In this document: positions 35,813-44,453 of the stretch, piece by piece
Numbering within the stretch: position 1 is the first letter of the stretch
Layout of the letters: each line of letters starts with the position of its first letter
Source of the DNA: Candidatus Thorarchaeota archaeon
GTDB lineage: Archaea > Asgardarchaeota > Thorarchaeia > Thorarchaeales > Thorarchaeaceae
Assembly (NCBI GenBank): GCA_048882385.1
Contig: JBHLRQ010000004.1
Span: 13,470 to 77,469 of the forward strand
Direction: 5' to 3'
DNA: 64,000 bases
Made by a program: the position numbers and the translations under genes
Notes under the pieces: model-generated
What the model was told of the DNA's origin: nothing
The model's database searches: none
What the model saw: only the letters and a program-made list of their open reading frames with translations

Positions 35813-36856
35813 TTGATCATCTTCAGGAGTGTTAGTCTGTTGACGGGCATATTGCCTGCAGATAAACCCCGTGAACTGATTCTCAAATCATCTGATACTA
35901 CTAATCAAGAGTACGGATTTCAGTCTCTTGACAATCTGCCAATTGAATACCTTCTTGAGAACGGTGTTATTGTTCTTGACAAACCAGCTGGACCTACAAG
36001 TCATGAAGTCGCTACTTGGGTCAGAAAGATTCTCCAAGTGGACCGCGTAGGACATGGGGGTACCCTTGATCCCGGGGTGACAGGGATATTACCAACTGGA
36101 GTGGGCAATGCTACAAAGGCTATGCAAGCACTGTTGCCAGCTGGGAAGGAGTATGTCTGTGTCCTCGAATTACATCACAATGCTCCAGAGGCTGAGATAC
36201 GCGGGGTGATTGACGAGTTTGTGGGAAAACTCTATCAAAAACCTCCTTTAAGGTCCTCTGTAAAAAGAGTGCTAAGGGTTCGTGAGATATACTATAATAA
36301 TATACTCGAAATCAAGGGACGTCTAGTTCTTTTCCGAGTAGGTTGTCAAGCTGGGACATATATTCGAAAGCTATGTTTTGACATCGGAGAAGCAATTGGA
36401 GTAGGAGGACATATGAGAGAGCTCCGACGAACTCGTGTTGGAACATTCCGAGAAGACGAGCACATGTGTACACTCTATGATCTCAAAGACGCATTCATGT
36501 TTTGGAAAGAGGATGGCGATGATAGTGATCTCAGAAGATATCTACTTCCATTAGAATTTGGTCTTGGACATCTTCCTGTCATTAACTTACGAGATTCAGC
36601 TGTTGATGCTATTTGTCATGGAGCTGATCTAGCGGCAAGTGGTGTGGTCAGTCTAAACAGTGATATAAGGAAAGGGGACATGCTAGTCCTGAAGACTCTA
36701 AAAGGCGAAGCTGTCGCTGTAGCAAAAAGTACTGACACTAGTGATCGAATTGCTAAAGCTAAGAGTGGCATCGTGGCAAAGAGTGAGAGAGTCTTGATGG
36801 AACGGGGTCGTTATCCCTCTCTCTGGAAGAAGAAAACTATGGATGTTCCATCCTAA
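35813..36856 (+). CDS. cbf5: H/ACA RNP pseudouridine synthase Cbf5 (TruB family) with PUA domain
   Basis: VLDKPAGPTSHEV and GHGGTLDPGVTGILP catalytic motifs. C-terminal PUA domain (LRDSAVDAICHGADL...). Non-ATG start, exact position uncertain. Confidence 0.92.
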   Translation: MIIFRSVSLLTGILPADKPRELILKSSDTTNQEYGFQSLDNLPIEYLLENGVIVLDKPAGPTSHEVATWVRKILQVDRVGHGGTLDPGVTGILPTGVGNATKAMQALLPAGKEYVCVLELHHNAPEAEIRGVIDEFVGKLYQKPPLRSSVKRVLRVREIYYNNILEIKGRLVLFRVGCQAGTYIRKLCFDIGEAIGVGGHMRELRRTRVGTFREDEHMCTLYDLKDAFMFWKEDGDDSDLRRYLLPLEFGLGHLPVINLRDSAVDAICHGADLAASGVVSLNSDIRKGDMLVLKTLKGEAVAVAKSTDTSDRIAKAKSGIVAKSERVLMERGRYPSLWKKKTMDVPS

Positions 36857-36873
36857 CGTGGCTATTAACCATC

Positions 36874-36887
36874 TTTTTATCTATAAT
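36874..36887 (+). promoter_or_regulatory. TATA-box region for the RNase P RNA gene
   Basis: TTTTTATCTATAAT lies ~20-30 nt upstream of the first base of the P1 helix (36903). Confidence 0.5.
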
Positions 36888-36902
36888 TGCAGAGGTAAGA
36901 CT

Positions 36903-37254
36903 GGCTCTGGAGCAAAAGCGCGACTGACGGTACTCACTCTTCGGAGTGAGCGCTGAGGAAACTCCCAACTGCATGTCGACACCAGTCCTGCTGATGCAGG
37001 AAGGCGAGAGCCTTGCTCTGGGAACAGAAACGACACCTCCAAACTGGATACGACGATGATGCAGAGATCCAATCTGTTGAGGATCAGTTTGGATAGGTTG
37101 AAACGGCCCATCACTGGTTCAGCAATCTCAAGATTAGGCTTGCGATGAGTCGACCTGAAGCCTAGGGTAGAGAGCATAGTTTGATGTCGCGAAGCTCCTT
37201 TCTGGTAACGGATTGGAGCAGAACAGAATTGGGGTTACTCTTTGGACCAGAGCC
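36903..37254 (+). ncRNA. rnpB: RNase P RNA (archaeal type)
   Basis: P1 GGCUCUGG 36903-10 pairs with CCAGAGCC 37247-54. P2 GCGCGAC pairs with GUCGCG. P3 is CUCACUC-UUCG-GAGUGAG (36933-50). CR-I-like GAGGAAACUCC is at 36955-65, GGUUGAAACGGCC at ~37096, and CR-V-like ACAGAAUUGGGGUUAC at ~37222-38. Confidence 0.85.
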
Positions 37255-37271
37255 TCTATCCAATACCTTCT

Positions 37272-37820
37272 TCATTCTCTAGTGTGCTCGTTCATAATTT
37301 CAGACTGAACTTGGACAACCTCTGCGCTTGTTTTGCATTCCGCATAGGCATCTAGCCATTCACGATTTAAGATAATGAATGAAGGTCCCCATTTGAAGAC
37401 GGAGAGTATATTCTCTGCTTCGTCAAACATTCCAAGTATATAGAGTGCTGCAGCTAGTGCTTCAGCAGTGGAAAGTTTCACAGGTTTGTATGTATTAATT
37501 GGGTTTGCAGCTAATAGGTATGGTAAAGACCGTTGCGTACCAGCTCTAGAGGCTTCAAAAATTCTTTCTGCTTGTTTCCACGAACAATCGAGAGCGACGA
37601 GGCCAGACTTTAAGACATTCTCTTTGTCTGCTGATGAGAAAGCAACTTCTGAAATCGGGTTGAGAACGACAGATCCTCGTGGAATGTGGCGCATATTTCG
37701 GATGATCTTGGCTTTGTTCATTCTACCTAATCTATTCCCAGTGCACTTCTTTGGATCACACTGGTCTGCATGATAGATGATAATTTCGCGAACATGGACC
37801 AAGGAGAGTTTCACCAACAC
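37272..37820 (-). CDS. tsr3: 16S rRNA aminocarboxypropyltransferase Tsr3
   Basis: YHADQCDPKKCTGNRL, LDCSW, PYLLAANPINTYKPVKLSTAEALAAALYI and KWGPSFIILN match Tsr3/DUF367. GTG start. Confidence 0.85.
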   Translation of the reverse strand: MLVKLSLVHVREIIIYHADQCDPKKCTGNRLGRMNKAKIIRNMRHIPRGSVVLNPISEVAFSSADKENVLKSGLVALDCSWKQAERIFEASRAGTQRSLPYLLAANPINTYKPVKLSTAEALAAALYILGMFDEAENILSVFKWGPSFIILNREWLDAYAECKTSAEVVQVQSEIMNEHTRE

Positions 37821-37883
37821 TGTTCAGTCAAAGAGCAAAGGATTTCTGTGTTACCATATGCCATCTGGTTGAGGAAACTCATC

Positions 37884-38156
37884 ATGCTCTATAAGCCGGC
37901 TAATGCTTGCGAGATTTGTAGTGAAGAGAAAGATGATCTACAAACATGTAGAATGTGTGGTGCCAACATCTGCAAAGCATGTCAGGTTGTAGAGGAAATG
38001 CTTTGCATCAATTGTCGCGACACGAAATGTCAAATCTGTGGTGAGTATTTGTCTTCAAGGGCTTGTAATATATGTGGAAAACTAGTTTGCGAAGACCACG
38101 GAATCAAGCTGAATGAGTCAACATTATGTAATAACTGCCGGACGAGTGACGAATGA
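37884..38156 (+). CDS. 90-aa multi-CxxC zinc-finger protein (hypothetical)
   Basis: MLYKPANACEICSEEKDDLQTCRMCGANICKACQVVEEMLCINCRDTKCQICGEYLSSRACNICGKLVCEDHGIKLNESTLCNNCRTSDE. GAGG upstream of the ATG. The stop overlaps the tiaS ATG (ATGA). Confidence 0.6.
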   Translation: MLYKPANACEICSEEKDDLQTCRMCGANICKACQVVEEMLCINCRDTKCQICGEYLSSRACNICGKLVCEDHGIKLNESTLCNNCRTSDE

Positions 38157-39487
38157 GTAAGAAATTGGTTCAAATCGGGATGGATGATATTGATTCCCCA
38201 GATGGGGGATGTACAACACACTTTGCTAGTCTTATTGTGGAGAACCTAAGTAAATTGAATGTTGAATGGGCCGATTATCCAAATCTTATTCGTCTAAATC
38301 CAGGCATTCCATATAGAACCCGGGGTAATGGCGCAGTCGCCCTTCGCTTTAGAACAGAACAAAAGAACATAGATTCAATCATAGTAATGATCGAAGAACT
38401 CGTTCAAGACTATGTGGACAGAGAATACCCCAATACAAACCCCGGAGTGATTTTTCTCGAAGGTAATGTACCAAAATCTGTTCGGAATCTTTCAATGCTT
38501 GCACTTTGGCGTGTTGTTCCCATTGAATTGGCTAAGAGAGTCATCAAAGAAAGCAGTATTCGGAAATATTCCAGTGGAAATCAAAGGGGTCTCGTTGGAG
38601 CTCTCTCAGCAATTGCCAACACGCTTGTTGAGGATCATACATACGAGTATATAGCATATCGATCGTTGGATGACTGTAATGATGTACGGGGAGTCGATGC
38701 TGAATCAGTAAGGACAATGGACAAGAAAATGGGGAATCAGGTTTTCTCTAATATTGACAAAGTAACCAACAGGATATTGATCGAACCACATGGTCCAGAC
38801 CCTGTTCTGTTTGGTGTCCGCGGGGAATCTGCAGATTCAGTTATTGAAGCTGGTAAAATGGTCTTGAGTAAGCAGAAAGTTGACAGATGGATGGTTTTCA
38901 GATCCAATCAGGGAACTGGAGAGCATCTGAAACAGTCTGTTGAAATAAAGAATCTAAGACCATACATGGCGGCAGTGGTCAAGGGTAGAGTAGACACTAA
39001 ACCAAGAATGGTTGAGGGAGGTCATTCTATTTTTCGTATTGCAGATGGTAGTGGAAAGATAGATTGTGCAGCATACGAACCATCTGGCGAGTTTCGAGAC
39101 ATTGTGATGAAATTAGTCGAGGGTGACGCGATTAATGTCTATGCAGGTGTTCGTCCAGCATCCAGGACCCACGGACTCACCTTGAATCTGGAAGGATTTC
39201 AATTAGTGGAGCCTGCTAAAGTCATTAAATTATCAAATCCAGTTTGCCCTCAGTGTGGCAAGAGAATGAAGAGCGCGGGAATTAAGAAGGGGTACAAATG
39301 TGCAAAATGTGGTCACAAGGACCTGACGATTAGTAAGACGGAAACACATCTGGAAAGAGATCTTCACATGGGAATATATTTACCTCCGGCAAGAGCACAG
39401 AGGCATCTAACCAGACCACTTGTACGAATTTGTAGAAACAACAAAGGGGTACCACAAAGCCTCACAGAGAAGTGGCATCACTACTGA
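38153..39487 (+). CDS. tiaS: tRNA(Ile2) 2-agmatinylcytidine synthetase TiaS
   Basis: N-terminal GMDDIDSPDGGCTTHFA...LIRLNPGIPYRTRGNGAVAL. OB-fold region and zinc ribbon CPQCGKRMKSAGIKKGYKCAKCG. Confidence 0.88.
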   Translation: MSKKLVQIGMDDIDSPDGGCTTHFASLIVENLSKLNVEWADYPNLIRLNPGIPYRTRGNGAVALRFRTEQKNIDSIIVMIEELVQDYVDREYPNTNPGVIFLEGNVPKSVRNLSMLALWRVVPIELAKRVIKESSIRKYSSGNQRGLVGALSAIANTLVEDHTYEYIAYRSLDDCNDVRGVDAESVRTMDKKMGNQVFSNIDKVTNRILIEPHGPDPVLFGVRGESADSVIEAGKMVLSKQKVDRWMVFRSNQGTGEHLKQSVEIKNLRPYMAAVVKGRVDTKPRMVEGGHSIFRIADGSGKIDCAAYEPSGEFRDIVMKLVEGDAINVYAGVRPASRTHGLTLNLEGFQLVEPAKVIKLSNPVCPQCGKRMKSAGIKKGYKCAKCGHKDLTISKTETHLERDLHMGIYLPPARAQRHLTRPLVRICRNNKGVPQSLTEKWHHY

Positions 39488-39516
39488 AAGAGAGAATGCG
39501 CGTGAGTTTGGATTGT

Positions 39517-39915
39517 TTAGACACGTCTTCCCCGACGACCACCAGGCTTCCGTGTACCATCATGAGGCATTGGAGTTACTTCGTCAATTATACCAATTCT
39601 GAGACCAGCACGGCTGAGTGCTCTGATAGCTGCTTGCGCGCCAGGGCCAGGAGTCTTTGGACCATGGCCACCTGGAGCACGAACTCGAATGTGTATACCA
39701 TATATGCCCTTGTCCTTTGCTTCACGAGCAGCCTGAAAAGCTGCCTGCATTGCAGCATGAGGTGATGATTCATTTCGATCAGCCTTGACCATCATTCCAC
39801 CAGAATATCGGGCAAGTGTTTCAGCCCCAGTGATATCGGTAATCATGATTATTGTGTCGTTATATGATGCGAATATATGAGCAACTCCCCACTTGTCACG
39901 ATCGTCTTTACTCAT
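39517..39915 (-). CDS. rps11: 30S ribosomal protein uS11
   Basis: [18 protein letters not shown]...[10 protein letters not shown]...[15 protein letters not shown] 39915 overlaps the uS4 stop. Confidence 0.93.
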   Translation of the reverse strand: MSKDDRDKWGVAHIFASYNDTIIMITDITGAETLARYSGGMMVKADRNESSPHAAMQAAFQAAREAKDKGIYGIHIRVRAPGGHGPKTPGPGAQAAIRALSRAGLRIGIIDEVTPMPHDGTRKPGGRRGRRV

Positions 39916-40558
39916 CCATATCATCTCCCACATTTTCTAAGTCTTCATTAGTTACTGGCTCAGCATCCTCAGGTTTTCCACCACGATCTGCTTCATCCAT
40001 AGCTTCGAAAGCTGCAGCAGAAGCTCTTGTTGCCGCGTCAGATGCTGCAATCCTCGCAGGATGGGACATATCATTCAGAGGAGATTTTGAAGTATATTGA
40101 AGACGTTCTTCTTCTGCAACAGTAATCAGTCGTTGGGGTGTATTAACACGTGCACCATCAAGAGCGATATGTCCATGAGTCACGAGCTGTCGAGCATGGT
40201 GCATTGAGCTAGCCATTCCTTTTCTAAAAACAATAGTTTGTAAACGACGCTCAAGTAAGTTCTCCAATGTGAGGTCAAGAACGTGGTCAAGAATTGGTTC
40301 AGTTGTAAGAATGCCAGTACGGGTCAATTTAGTAACCAATTCACGTTCATTCTGCGCTCGATCTGCTGGAGGAAGTGCTAACATCTGACGAGCGTTTCTA
40401 CGATAGTTTGAAAGATTGGTTCGATGTTTCCATAGCTCTTTCTTGTTTCTTAGACCGTAAGCGCCAACAAGCTGGAGCTCCTGTTCGAATCTGTCACTGT
40501 CGAAGGGCTTCTTCGGAGCCACGTACTTCTTCTTTTGTTTGCGCGGATCACCCATCAT
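39908..40558 (-). CDS. rps4: 30S ribosomal protein uS4 with acidic C-terminal extension
   Basis: [19 protein letters not shown]...S4 RNA-binding domain ([28 protein letters not shown]). The last ~45 aa are acidic. Confidence 0.93.
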   Translation of the reverse strand: MMGDPRKQKKKYVAPKKPFDSDRFEQELQLVGAYGLRNKKELWKHRTNLSNYRRNARQMLALPPADRAQNERELVTKLTRTGILTTEPILDHVLDLTLENLLERRLQTIVFRKGMASSMHHARQLVTHGHIALDGARVNTPQRLITVAEEERLQYTSKSPLNDMSHPARIAASDAATRASAAAFEAMDEADRGGKPEDAEPVTNEDLENVGDDMDE

Positions 40559-40570
40559 TTATTCCCTCGA

Positions 40571-41020
40571 CTATAATTTCTTTCTTGATACACCAACAGC
40601 CATTCCACCGCGCCCAGTTGTCCTTGTGTGTTGACCTCTGACTCGTAGGCCGAGTGAGTGTCTAACACCTCTCCAAGACTTGATTCTACGAAGTCTATCA
40701 ATGTCATTCCTATGGGCAAAATCTAGATCGGATCCGGTCAGATGCAGCATCCTTCCACTCATTCTATCTCGTGGGCGATTTACATACCAGTCAGGAAAAT
40801 CAGATGCCACAGGATCCTTGATGATCTTCTCTATCTTCTTAATATCCGCATCTTTCAAATATCCAAGTCTATTGGAGGGCTCAAATTCTAATTTGGTGAT
40901 TATTGCTCGTGACAGTCTTAATCCCACTCCCTTAATGCGTGTAAGGCCTTGGAGTAGATTTTCCTGACCGTCTATGTCGCTTCCACCGATACGGACAATA
41001 TGTTTGTAATCTTCGGACAT
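40571..41020 (-). CDS. rps13: 30S ribosomal protein uS13
   Basis: IVRIGGSDIDGQENLLQGLTRIKGVG...WRGVRHSLGLRVRGQHTRTTGR. Confidence 0.93.
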   Translation of the reverse strand: MSEDYKHIVRIGGSDIDGQENLLQGLTRIKGVGLRLSRAIITKLEFEPSNRLGYLKDADIKKIEKIIKDPVASDFPDWYVNRPRDRMSGRMLHLTGSDLDFAHRNDIDRLRRIKSWRGVRHSLGLRVRGQHTRTTGRGGMAVGVSRKKL

Positions 41021-41191
41021 GGTCTATAACCTCATCTGACTGGTCTGAGGCTTGTTCGCGTCTTGGAGATACCTTATAACAGTTACCATCAAGCCGCGTT
41101 ATTCTAATGCATCTCGGACTATCGAGGGGAGTTCTTATGTTGAATACAGTCAAATCATAGACGAGAATGTTAGTTCCTCAGGGCTGATAGT

Positions 41192-41593
41192 ATGAGAGAT
41201 AAGATTTTTGCTGAACCTGAAGCAACGCCTTCAATACTAGCAAGCATATCAGACTCACTACATTCTGCGCTAAAGGAATCCTGCCAGAAAACCATAGAAA
41301 GGCAGCAGTCCCTATTGATATCAAGTAATAGTATAGCTAATCGGTTTATTTTTGAGCGATGGGGTATTCGGCCATCGCAACGGAAGCGTTTCAAAAAGCT
41401 CTACTCTACTGTGAGAAAACGGTGTAGGGCTATCTTTAGAAATTATATTGCCAGGGGAAGAATCGATTGGACATCTGGACCTGATTATTTCATCTTTGGA
41501 GTCTTCAAATTTGATGAGATACGAGGAAACATCATTCTTGGTTTTGTACGAATGACACCTGAATCAGAATGGTCATTACCAAAAGAAGAATAG
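41192..41593 (+). CDS. hypothetical protein (133 aa)
   Basis: ATG-initiated ORF. No motif recognised. Confidence 0.35.
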   Translation: MRDKIFAEPEATPSILASISDSLHSALKESCQKTIERQQSLLISSNSIANRFIFERWGIRPSQRKRFKKLYSTVRKRCRAIFRNYIARGRIDWTSGPDYFIFGVFKFDEIRGNIILGFVRMTPESEWSLPKEE

Positions 41594-41726
41594 CTATGTT
41601 GAGTAATCGTTCAACAGGGATGTCTGGGACATCTAATTCGAAATATTCAGAGAGTTCTTCCACATCTCAAGAATAAATATAAAATCTGGACAATAGGAAA
41701 CCCGAGCATATAGAAAATCGGTAATA

Positions 41727-41906
41727 CTATTGATTCTTACCTCTTCGATAAAGACCAAGAAGATTCAGAATTATTGATACTCCAATAAGAAGTCCAACCA
41801 GAAAATCAACCAGATTACCCGGACCCACAAAACGATCAATCAAAAGTGCTGTTGCAAGACATATTCCACCAATTGGTATTAGTAAGTCATCTCTCAGTAT
41901 TGCCAA
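41727..41906 (-). CDS. 59-aa two-TM membrane ORF (hypothetical)
   Basis: TTG start. LAILRDDLLIPIGGICLATALLIDRFVGPGNLVDFLVGLLIGVSIILNLLGLYRRGKNQ. Just under the ORF-track cutoff. Confidence 0.3.
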   Translation of the reverse strand: MAILRDDLLIPIGGICLATALLIDRFVGPGNLVDFLVGLLIGVSIILNLLGLYRRGKNQ

Positions 41907-42011
41907 ATCAATTCACCAAATTAAAACGCTTCTTTATTTGTAAATAGAGTACTGTTCGGAGCAAGTATGAGGGAAAAGATGAAAAGGAGTGTGAGATTCT
42001 CTGTTTTTCAA

Positions 42012-42127
42012 GCCGAGGTAGCCAAGCCCGGTTCACGGCGACAGCCTGGAACCAACAGCCATTCTGGCGATTTGCTCAGAAAGCTGTTCTCCAATAGGAG
42101 GCATGAGTTCGAATCTCATCCTCGGCG
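42012..42127 (+). tRNA. tRNA-Ser(GGA) with ~30-nt intron after position 37
   Basis: Acceptor GCCGAGG / CCUCGGC. T-arm AUGAG-UUCGAAU-CUCAU. Anticodon stem ACAGC / GCUGU flanks CUGGAA + intron (42052-42081) + A. Long variable arm CUCC-AAUA-GGAG. CCA is encoded at 42128-30 and oligo-T follows at 42135-39. Confidence 0.88.
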
Positions 42128-42131
42128 CCAT

Positions 42132-43186
42132 CTATTTTTCAGGTTCTATGTATGACATCTCACCAACGTAGCTAATACTCATCATTTCTCTTACTCTATC
42201 AGATTCTTTAGTGTGTCCCAGAACCCATGAAAGCTTCACAAGTGCGGCTTCTGGAGTCATATCGTAGGCACTCATGGCACCAACCTCCATCGCTGCCCTA
42301 CCAACCTCATATATGGACAGATCAGCCTGCCCAAAGGCACACTGTGAACTGATTACAACGAAACAGTTCTGGTCTATTGCTTGTAGAATTCCTCCTGTGA
42401 GAGCGTTCTCATCAGTGGGGATGTTACCAGACCCGTAGCCTTCAACGATTATTCCATGAAAACCCATATCGACGATTCGAGCCAAGGTCTGGGGAGGCAT
42501 TCCCGGGAAGACCTTGAGGAGGAACACACGGTCATCGAAACGAGTGTCAAACCGAGGAATAAGGCTATGATCGCGTTTCTTTCTTCCTACATATAGGACT
42601 ATATCACGCGACAAAATTCCAATAGGTGAGGGATCCATTGAGTCAAAAGCATCATACGAGTTTACTCTCACTTTCTTTGCTCTTGTTGCTCGATGAATCT
42701 CACCATTAAACACAATGCATGTTTCACCGAGGTCTCCAAACGCAGCAACTCGAATTGCGTCAAGGAGATTTCTAGGACCATCACTCCATGGAATAGATGC
42801 AGGAATCTGAGCTCCTGTGAATACAATTGGTTTACCAAAATCTTGAACCATGAAACTTACAGCTGCCGCGGAATAAGTCATGGTATCGGTCCCATGAGTG
42901 ACAACAATGCCAGTCAAGTCAGCTATCTCTTCACTAATCTCCTTGATTGTACTTGCGAGAGTTTGCCAATGATGAGGTTGTGCGTTTGCAGAATCTAACT
43001 GGTATAGCTCTCTTTGAATGACCTCAACATTGCCCATCCCCTTAGGAAGACGATCCAACAACTCTTCCACAGTCAGACCCGGACGAAGAGCTTGAGTACC
43101 AGAGTCATAAACACTCGAAATAGTACCTCCTGTTGTGATTAAACAGATTTTAGCAATTTCTTCGGAGCTCAGGATGATACACCCAT
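42132..43186 (-). CDS. L-asparaginase family protein (type I); N-terminus out of frame with the only ATG as assembled
   Basis: HGTDTMTYSAAAV and the catalytic LITTGGTISS motif. The TGGT motif lies upstream of the first in-frame start (GTG 43070). ATG 43186 is in the +1-offset frame and stops after 5 codons. Confidence 0.75.
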
Positions 43187-43244
43187 ATCAAGAATCATAG
43201 AACAGGATTTATCCGTGTTTTGATGATTGGGAATATAGTGGTGA

Positions 43245-44447
43245 ATGCAGTTGTACGACCTGACTGTAATAGGAGGTGGTCCAGCAGGAGCGACTTGTGC
43301 ACGTATTGCCGCAAACGCAGGACTTGATGTTGTACTCCTCGAAAAAGCAATTCATCCACGATCGAAACCTTGTGGCGGAGCAATTGGACCGTACGCTCTA
43401 CGAATTTTAGATTTAGATATCTCATCAGTAATTGACAGGACATTCCATGCGGCCATTGTGCACACACCAGCTGGCAAAAATGTTGTATTAACAAGCCAAG
43501 AACTGACTGGACATTTAGTAAAACGAGATAGATTTGATGCGTATCTCTTACAGAAAGCAAAGGATGCAGGTGTGGAGGTCATTGAAGGAAAAGAGGTCGT
43601 TGGTATCGAACAACTGCGTAAGGGAATTCGAGCTTTGGCTGTTGGTGACTCATACAAATCTCATTTTCTTGTAGGAGCAGATGGAGTAAACGGGATATCG
43701 GCAAAAGAGCTGGGTGTAAGAACAAAGTGGCGTCCTGAGGATGTTGCGTTATGCTATCAAGCGGATGTACCCATGAATCAAGATGATGTTACGCGAACAA
43801 TGACGACTCATAACTCTGAGCCTGTGATAGAGTTGTACTTTGGATTAGTTCCATGGGGCTATGCTTGGTGTTTTCCAAAACGTGAGAGTTATAGTATTGG
43901 TGTTGGATGTCGGATGGACATGAGTGAACAACTCAAACTAGCTTGGATAAAACATATTGAGAGAATAGAGCGGGATAAAGGTGTAGAGCTTGATGTGTCA
44001 AGAACATCCTTCAGAGTGCCGCTTGGAGGCAGGGTGGACAGATGCATTGGACGAAGGAGCATGCTAGTTGGAGATGCTGCTGGACTCGTTTCACCTCTGA
44101 CTGGAGAAGGAGTTTCTTTTGCAATACAATCAGGTGCAATAGCAGCAAAAGTGGCAATTGATGCTGTTGAAGCAAAATCAGCTCTCAAAGTCGTTGAATA
44201 TGAAAAACAAGTAAAAACTGGTATATCAAAAGAACTCGCTGATTTCAGAATGCTTACAGGAATTCTCAATAGATCCCCTAGACATGTTGAATTACTATGT
44301 CAAATTGCTGATGAAGACCCTATCATGAAAGAATATCTAACAAATATCTTGGCACGCATCAGACCGTTCTCTGAACTTAAATTGGCTCTTGGAAAAAGAC
44401 TAGTCACCAAGCATCCTCTAAAGGCGGTAAGACTCGGACTGAAGTGA
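43245..44447 (+). CDS. geranylgeranyl reductase family FAD-dependent oxidoreductase
   Basis: YDLTVIGGGPAGATCA dinucleotide-binding motif, GADG and GDAAG motifs. About 400 aa. Confidence 0.75.
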   Translation: MQLYDLTVIGGGPAGATCARIAANAGLDVVLLEKAIHPRSKPCGGAIGPYALRILDLDISSVIDRTFHAAIVHTPAGKNVVLTSQELTGHLVKRDRFDAYLLQKAKDAGVEVIEGKEVVGIEQLRKGIRALAVGDSYKSHFLVGADGVNGISAKELGVRTKWRPEDVALCYQADVPMNQDDVTRTMTTHNSEPVIELYFGLVPWGYAWCFPKRESYSIGVGCRMDMSEQLKLAWIKHIERIERDKGVELDVSRTSFRVPLGGRVDRCIGRRSMLVGDAAGLVSPLTGEGVSFAIQSGAIAAKVAIDAVEAKSALKVVEYEKQVKTGISKELADFRMLTGILNRSPRHVELLCQIADEDPIMKEYLTNILARIRPFSELKLALGKRLVTKHPLKAVRLGLK

Positions 44448-44453
44448 CTACTA

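Noticed and set aside
36881-37177. 98-aa minus-strand ORF
   Set aside because: It lies inside the RNase P RNA gene, whose P1/P2/P3 helices and CR-I/CR-V-like motifs explain the region.
41967-42155. 62-aa plus-strand ORF
   Set aside because: It spans the tRNA-Ser(GGA) gene.
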